Source: an uncultured delta proteobacterium (GTDB lineage: Bacteria; Desulfobacterota; Desulfobacteria; Desulfobacterales; UBA2156). Taken from it: 64,000 nucleotides of DNA. The stretch lies in NCBI GenBank assembly GCA_963736855.1, contig CAVTQK010000021.1:608001-672000 (forward strand), in the 5' to 3' direction. The translations under genes and the position numbers were made by a program. The notes under the pieces were generated by a model. It did no database searches. It was not told the DNA's origin and was given only the letters and a program-made list of their open reading frames with translations. This document shows, piece by piece, positions 60,627-64,000 of this stretch (within the stretch, counting starts at the first letter, position 1; every line of letters starts with the position of its first letter).

Positions 60627-61876
60627 TCCTGCGTTAAAAAAAGCCGCCGCCCTTCACTGGGCATGGGTGATTCTGGCGATCAGCTTTGCCAACCTGTTCG
60701 TTAATTATTCCGTCCGTCTCGGGTATGGGGTGGTTCTTCCGGAGATGATCCAAAACCTGGGGTTGACTCGGACCGCCGGCGGATCCATCTATAACGCCTA
60801 TTTATTTGCTTATATTTTGCTGACCCCCCTGACGGGTCTGCTCACGGATCGTTTCGGAGCCCGACCCGTGATTTCGGCCTGCGGCGTCATCTTGAGCCTC
60901 GGAGTACTCCTGATGGGCACCACAGGAGACTCTGTGGACGGCCTGCCTTTTTTATGCAGTCGTGGGAGTCGGCGCCACCGGCATGTGGACACCCGTCATC
61001 ACCGTAGTCCAACGCTGGTTTGATCCCCGCCGGAGAGGACTGGCTCTCGGTATCATTTCGACCGGATACGGATTTGGGTTAGCCGCCATGGGAGCGGTAT
61101 TCCCATGGATCGTCCGGCATTTCGACTGGCGGTATGCCTGGTATATCTTGGGCTTCGCGGCGCTGGCCATGGTTGTCGTGAATTCTGTTTTTTTGCGCAG
61201 CGATCCCGAATCGGCAGGTTTTCAGCCCTGGGGCCGAACCGATCCCGACAAGTCCCCTCCCCTTGATTTAAAGCCCAGAGAAATTGCGTCCCACCGCTTT
61301 TCCTCGATATTCACGGACATGACATTTTGGAAGATCGGTCTTTCCTATTTTTGCATATCCTATGCCCTTTACGGCATCACCACCTTCATGGTCGATTACG
61401 CCAGGACTCAGATGGGAATCCCCCTGGAAAAAGCGAGCCTCCTGGCAACAGTGCACGGCTTCAGCCAGGTGGCCGGTGTCCTCACGGTGCTCCCGCTCTC
61501 GGATCGCCTGGGTCGAAGGAAAATGATCCTGGTATCCAACGCCTTTATCACCGTATCCCTGGTGGGAATCCTGATGTCTCGAAGTCCTGGCCTGCTGTAT
61601 GGAATGGTGGGGCTCCTGGCCATTTTTTACGGGGCGACTTTCCCCATTTACGGTGCATGTGCGGGGGATTATTTTCCGAGAGCTGTGATGGGTACGGTGA
61701 TCGGGGCGTGGACCCCTTTCTACGGGGCAGGAGCCATCCTGTCCCATTGGGTGACCGGCTGGTTGAGGGATACAACAGGTACTTATGACCTTGCATTCAC
61801 CCTGAATACCGCCGCTGCAGCATTGGGATTTGTGCTTTTCCTTTTCGTCCGAAAAAGGCACCAAGAAAGTCCATGA
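60607..61876 (+). CDS. MFS transporter, +1 frameshift near 60925
   Basis: GLLTDRFGAR; then WF..RRGLALG and LSDRLGRR in the +1 frame. Confidence 0.85.
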
Positions 61877-61973
61877 CGCGCTTTTAGGAAACCATCGGAT
61901 ATTTCATCATCTTTTTCCATCAATCGCGCCACTCTTTGTCCGAAATCCCGCCCTCTCGAAAACTCGCATGATC

Positions 61974-62008
61974 CTTGAAATATCAAATATAGAGTTTGAT
62001 TTTTCAAG
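61974..62008. promoter_or_regulatory. Inverted repeat (operator-like) upstream of the DUF4143 ATPase
   Basis: CTTGAAATATCAAA-7 bp-TTTGATTTTTCAAG (13/14 match). Confidence 0.5.
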
Positions 62009-62030
62009 ATAGATCATTTAAGGTGCCCCC

Positions 62031-63176
62031 ATGAACCTTATCGATAGAAAAACGGACCGTTCCAGGTTAATCAAGCTTATTTCTGTATTTCCCGTCACGG
62101 TGATCCTGGGTCCTAGGCAGTGCGGAAAAACGACGCTGGCAAAAACGCTTGATGCTGATGCTTATTTCGACCTGGAAAACCCCCAGGATCTTGTCCGCTT
62201 GGAGCATCCTCAGCTTGCACTGGAAGACCTGACAGGACTCATCGTCATCGACGAGATCCAGCGGTTGCCCGATCTTTTTACGCTTCTGCGCTACCTGGTG
62301 GATCAAGGTAAAAACCGCAAATTCGTTATCCTGGGAAGCGCCTCTCGGGATTTGATCCGTCAGAGTTCGGAATCTCTCGCCGGAAGGATCGCATATCTTC
62401 AATTGGGCGGATTTCGCCTCAGCGATATCGATCCCGGGGCCATCAAGAACCTATGGTGGCGTGGAGGATTGCCCCGATCCTTCCTTTCGGCGTCGGACGA
62501 TGAAAGCCTGCTCTGGCGCAGCCAATACATGACGACCTTTCTGGAACGGGACATTCCCCAGTTGGGGATCACGATTCCGGCCCGAACGCTGCGCCGCTTT
62601 TGGATCATGTTAAGCCACTACCATGCCCATATCCTGAACTATGCGGAGATGGGCCGATCTTTCGGTGTCTCCGATATGACCATCCGGAAATACTGCGATA
62701 TTCTGGAAGGCACATTCATGATCCGCATCCTCCAACCCTGGTTCGTCAACATCGGAAAACGTCTGGTGAAGCGGCCGAAACTCTATCTTCGCGACTCCGG
62801 GTTGTTCCATGCCTTGCAATCCATCGAAACCCCGGATCAGTTGTACGCTTCGCCCCGGCTCGGCGCCTCCTGGGAAGGTTTTGCCCTGGATTGCGTCTGC
62901 CGAACCTTGGAAAAGGAAGACGGGGATCTCTATTTCTGGAACACCCACGCCGGTGCGGAACTCGATCTTTTCTGGCAGGCGCGCGGACAAAGCTGGGGGG
63001 TGGAATTCAAATATGAAGACGCCCCACGGTTGACTCGATCCATGAAAACGGCAGTAGAAGACCTCAAATTGGAACAGCTTTGGGTCGTCTATCCCGGGAA
63101 AGCGGCTTATCCTCTCACCGAAAAAATCCGGGTGATCCCTCTTGCAGACGTCCGCGACACCTGGAACTACGGATAA
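62031..63176 (+). CDS. AAA_14 ATPase with DUF4143 domain
   Basis: GPRQCGKTT, IDEIQ, ESLAGR, RGG.P, KRPKLYLRDSG and ELD..VEFK. Confidence 0.9.
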   Translation: MNLIDRKTDRSRLIKLISVFPVTVILGPRQCGKTTLAKTLDADAYFDLENPQDLVRLEHPQLALEDLTGLIVIDEIQRLPDLFTLLRYLVDQGKNRKFVILGSASRDLIRQSSESLAGRIAYLQLGGFRLSDIDPGAIKNLWWRGGLPRSFLSASDDESLLWRSQYMTTFLERDIPQLGITIPARTLRRFWIMLSHYHAHILNYAEMGRSFGVSDMTIRKYCDILEGTFMIRILQPWFVNIGKRLVKRPKLYLRDSGLFHALQSIETPDQLYASPRLGASWEGFALDCVCRTLEKEDGDLYFWNTHAGAELDLFWQARGQSWGVEFKYEDAPRLTRSMKTAVEDLKLEQLWVVYPGKAAYPLTEKIRVIPLADVRDTWNYG

Positions 63177-63390
63177 CTGAGAACATGGAGACGCCATCGA
63201 TCCATGGACACCGGCATCATTTAAAGCAAATCAAGGATTCAGGGTTCATCCTTGATGTAGGAAAAGATAGAGGTCTCACCGGGTATTCAAAACCCGGCCC
63301 CATTTAAATACTTTTAAATTTCATTTATAATAGTAATGTTCGTGAAAGGGGCCATTCTGAAACCGCAACCGGCATCAAGGAGGTGCTGAT

Positions 63391-64000
63391 ATGGGAAAAA
63401 TTCGAGTGTTGATCAGTTTGATTGTTTTAACCCTGGGGCTCTTTTCATATCCAGGGATTCCCGGAGCCTTTGAGTTGCCGGAAAGCCTCCTTGATGTCCT
63501 TCACGAGCGTTCCGAGAAGCAAAGCAATCTTGAGGTGAAGATCTCAGATGCTCTGGGTAATATCGGCAAGAACGTATTGCTCGAAAATGTCCGCGGCGTA
63601 AAGGAAATTGTGGCCTTCCAGAGTGTGGCCCCGTCCGTTGTCTGCATTTTAAGCGACGACATAATGGGCAGCGGCGCCATTATCAGCAGAGAAGGGCTTT
63701 TGATTTCCAATTGGCATGTCGTAAATAACTCAAAAAAAGCAGTTGTTGTATTCAAACCCAAGGACAGCGCGGAACTGAAACGGGAGCTTGCCTTCAGGGC
63801 AACTGTAATCAGAATCGATCCGGTTCGAGACCTGGCGCTTTTAAAGATCGACAGCCCTCCGAAAGATATTTCCTTTATGGATTTGGCGGATCCATCCAGC
63901 ATTTCGATTGGCCAGGACGTTCATGCCATTGGCCATCCGGAGGGAGAAATCTGGACCTATACAAAGGGTTTTATCAGCCAGATCCGACCCGGTTATGAAT
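63391..64000 (+). CDS. Exported trypsin-like serine protease (partial, runs off the window)
   Basis: AAGGAGG RBS, signal peptide, GSGAII..SNWHVV, DLALLK and IGHP.G. Manual translation. Confidence 0.85.
   Translation, partial: MGKIRVLISLIVLTLGLFSYPGIPGAFELPESLLDVLHERSEKQSNLEVKISDALGNIGKNVLLENVRGVKEIVAFQSVAPSVVCILSDDIMGSGAIISREGLLISNWHVVNNSKKAVVVFKPKDSAELKRELAFRATVIRIDPVRDLALLKIDSPPKDISFMDLADPSSISIGQDVHAIGHPEGEIWTYTKGFISQIRPGYE

Noticed and set aside
1..64000. CRISPR arrays, tRNA, rRNA, selenoprotein UGA readthrough
   Set aside because: No regularly spaced repeats, cloverleaf or rRNA motifs, or in-frame TGA at catalytic Cys positions were seen by eye. tRNAscan-SE and Infernal would be needed to exclude them formally.

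Overview
Bacterial chromosomal window whose gene content (hdrCB, TRAP/TAXI, several universal stress proteins, PAS-rich kinases, Tat-exported SOD) suggests an anaerobic deltaproteobacterium (Desulfobacterota-like). This taxonomy is inferred only. Most of the window is ordinary: Pat-type acetyltransferase, Kef antiporter, RsmG-TrmH fusion, RluA, EttA, OadG/OadB, TRAP plus tartrate-dehydrogenase-like enzyme plus FGGY kinase, ugpBAEC, a USP/two-component cluster, ino1, ABC transporters, cspA, a liv operon, sodB, a DUF4143 ATPase and a trypsin-like protease. The most unusual part is a nested, decaying 5.25-kb island (7680-12934). In order it contains a ~0.44-kb direct repeat, the 5' half of a group II intron, an IS91-like remnant, a HAMP pseudogene with intact hdrC-hdrB, a second IS91 copy, the 3' half of the intron (domain V replaced by a palindrome) and the ~0.53-kb second direct repeat. 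Also seen: a MITE family with shared TIRs and 4-bp TSDs, a conserved structured core present in two different repeat scaffolds, a candidate anti-SD hairpin sRNA, an unlisted 52-aa basic protein after cspA, and four +1 frameshifts that look like sequencing artefacts. No rRNA, tRNA or CRISPR array was seen. All calls come from reading the sequence; no searches were run.
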